From positions 241,616,001 to 241,680,000 of the forward strand of contig NC_086097.1 in assembly GCF_963921235.1 (NCBI RefSeq): a stretch of DNA of 64,000 nucleotides. Direction: 5' to 3'. The DNA comes from Mobula hypostoma (Eukaryota). Positions 62,822 to 64,000 of the stretch are shown here, in pieces (positions within the stretch are counted from its first letter, which is position 1; each line of letters begins with the position of its first letter). The notes beneath the pieces were generated by a model. That model did not search any database, was not told where the DNA came from, and saw only the letters and a list, made by a program, of their open reading frames with translations. The position numbers and the translations under genes were made by a program.

Positions 62822-64000
62822 AACCATATAACCATATAACCATATAACAATTACAGCACGGAAACAGGCCAGCTCGGCCCTTCTAGTCCATGCTGAACTC
62901 TTACTCTCACCTAGTCCCACTGACCTGCACTCAGCCCATAACCCTCCATTCCTTTCCTGTCCATATATCTATCCAATTTTATTTTAAATGACAATATCGA
63001 ACCTGCCTCTACCACATCTACTGGAAGCTTGTTCCACACAGCTACCACTCTCTGAGTAAAGAAGTTCCCCCTCGTGTTACCCCAAAACTTTTGCCCTCTA
63101 ACTGTCAACTCATGTTCTCTTGTTTGAATCTCCCCTACTATCAATGGAAAAAGCCTATCCATGTCAACTCTATCTCTCCCCCTCATAATTTTAAATACCT
63201 CTATCAAGTACCCCCTCAACCTTCTACGCTCCAAAGAATAAAGACCCAACTTGTTCAACCTTTCTCTATAACTTAGGTGCTGAAACCCAGGTAACATTCT
63301 AGTAAATTTTCTCTGTACTCTCTCTATTTTGTTGACATCTTTCCTATAATTCAGTGACCAGAACTGTACACAATACTTCAAATTTGGCCTTATCAATGCC
63401 TTGTACAATTTTAACGTTACATCCCAACTCCTATACTCAATGCTCTGATTAATAAAGGCCAGCATACCAAAAGCTTTCTTCACCACCCTATCCACATGAG
63501 ATTCCACCCTCAGGGAACTATGCACCATAATTCCTAGATCCCTCTGTTCTACTGCATTCTTCAATGCCCTACCATTTACCATGTATGTCCTATTCTGATT
63601 AGTCCTACCAAAATGTAGCACCTCACACTTATCAGCATTAAACTCCATCTGCCATCTTTCAGCCCACTCTTCTAATTGGCCTAAATCTCTCTGCAAGCTT
63701 TGAAAACCTACTTCATTATCCACAACGCCACCTGTCTTAGTATCATCTGCATACTGACTCATCCAATTTACCACCCCATCATCCAGATCATTAATGTATA
63801 TGACAAACAACATTGGACCCAGTACAGATCCCTGAGGCACACCACTAGTCACCAGCCTCCAATCTGACAAACAGTTATCCACCACCACTCTCTGGTGTCT
63901 CCTGTCAAGCCACATTCAATTTTACTACTTCAATATTAATACCTAACGATTGAACCTTCCTAACTAACCTTCCATGTGGAAACTTGTCAAAAGCCTTACT
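62822..64000 (-). mobile_element. CR1 RT/3' end with (TTATATGG)n tail, runs off the window
   Basis: 334-aa ORF with SGVPQGSVLGP and YADD. Confidence 0.95.

Overview
Repeat-saturated eukaryotic genomic DNA. The repeat repertoire (CR1/HER1-type LINEs with octamer tails, V-domain SINEs, Rex1/Babar, Penelope-like elements) points to a cartilaginous fish, probably a ray; this is an inference. Most long ORFs are retroelement-derived. These include one full-length CR1 (about 20012-24460; intact esterase-type ORF1, disabled ORF2), two further large CR1 copies and many 5'-truncated CR1s, a degenerate full-length Gypsy LTR element (48954-53629), two related solo LTRs, Penelope-like GIY-YIG elements, Rex1, RTE, Vingi and Hero fragments, Tc1 derivatives and SINEs. 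Many are nested with readable TSDs. No host gene could be named. There is a credible minus-strand CpG-rich promoter with two short exons at about 3655-4070, plus several weaker minus-strand exon candidates. The most notable non-coding signal is a family of minimal hammerhead-ribozyme motifs in the Penelope-derived repeats; several short copies begin right at the ribozyme boundary. I found no convincing evidence of a wholly new biological system.
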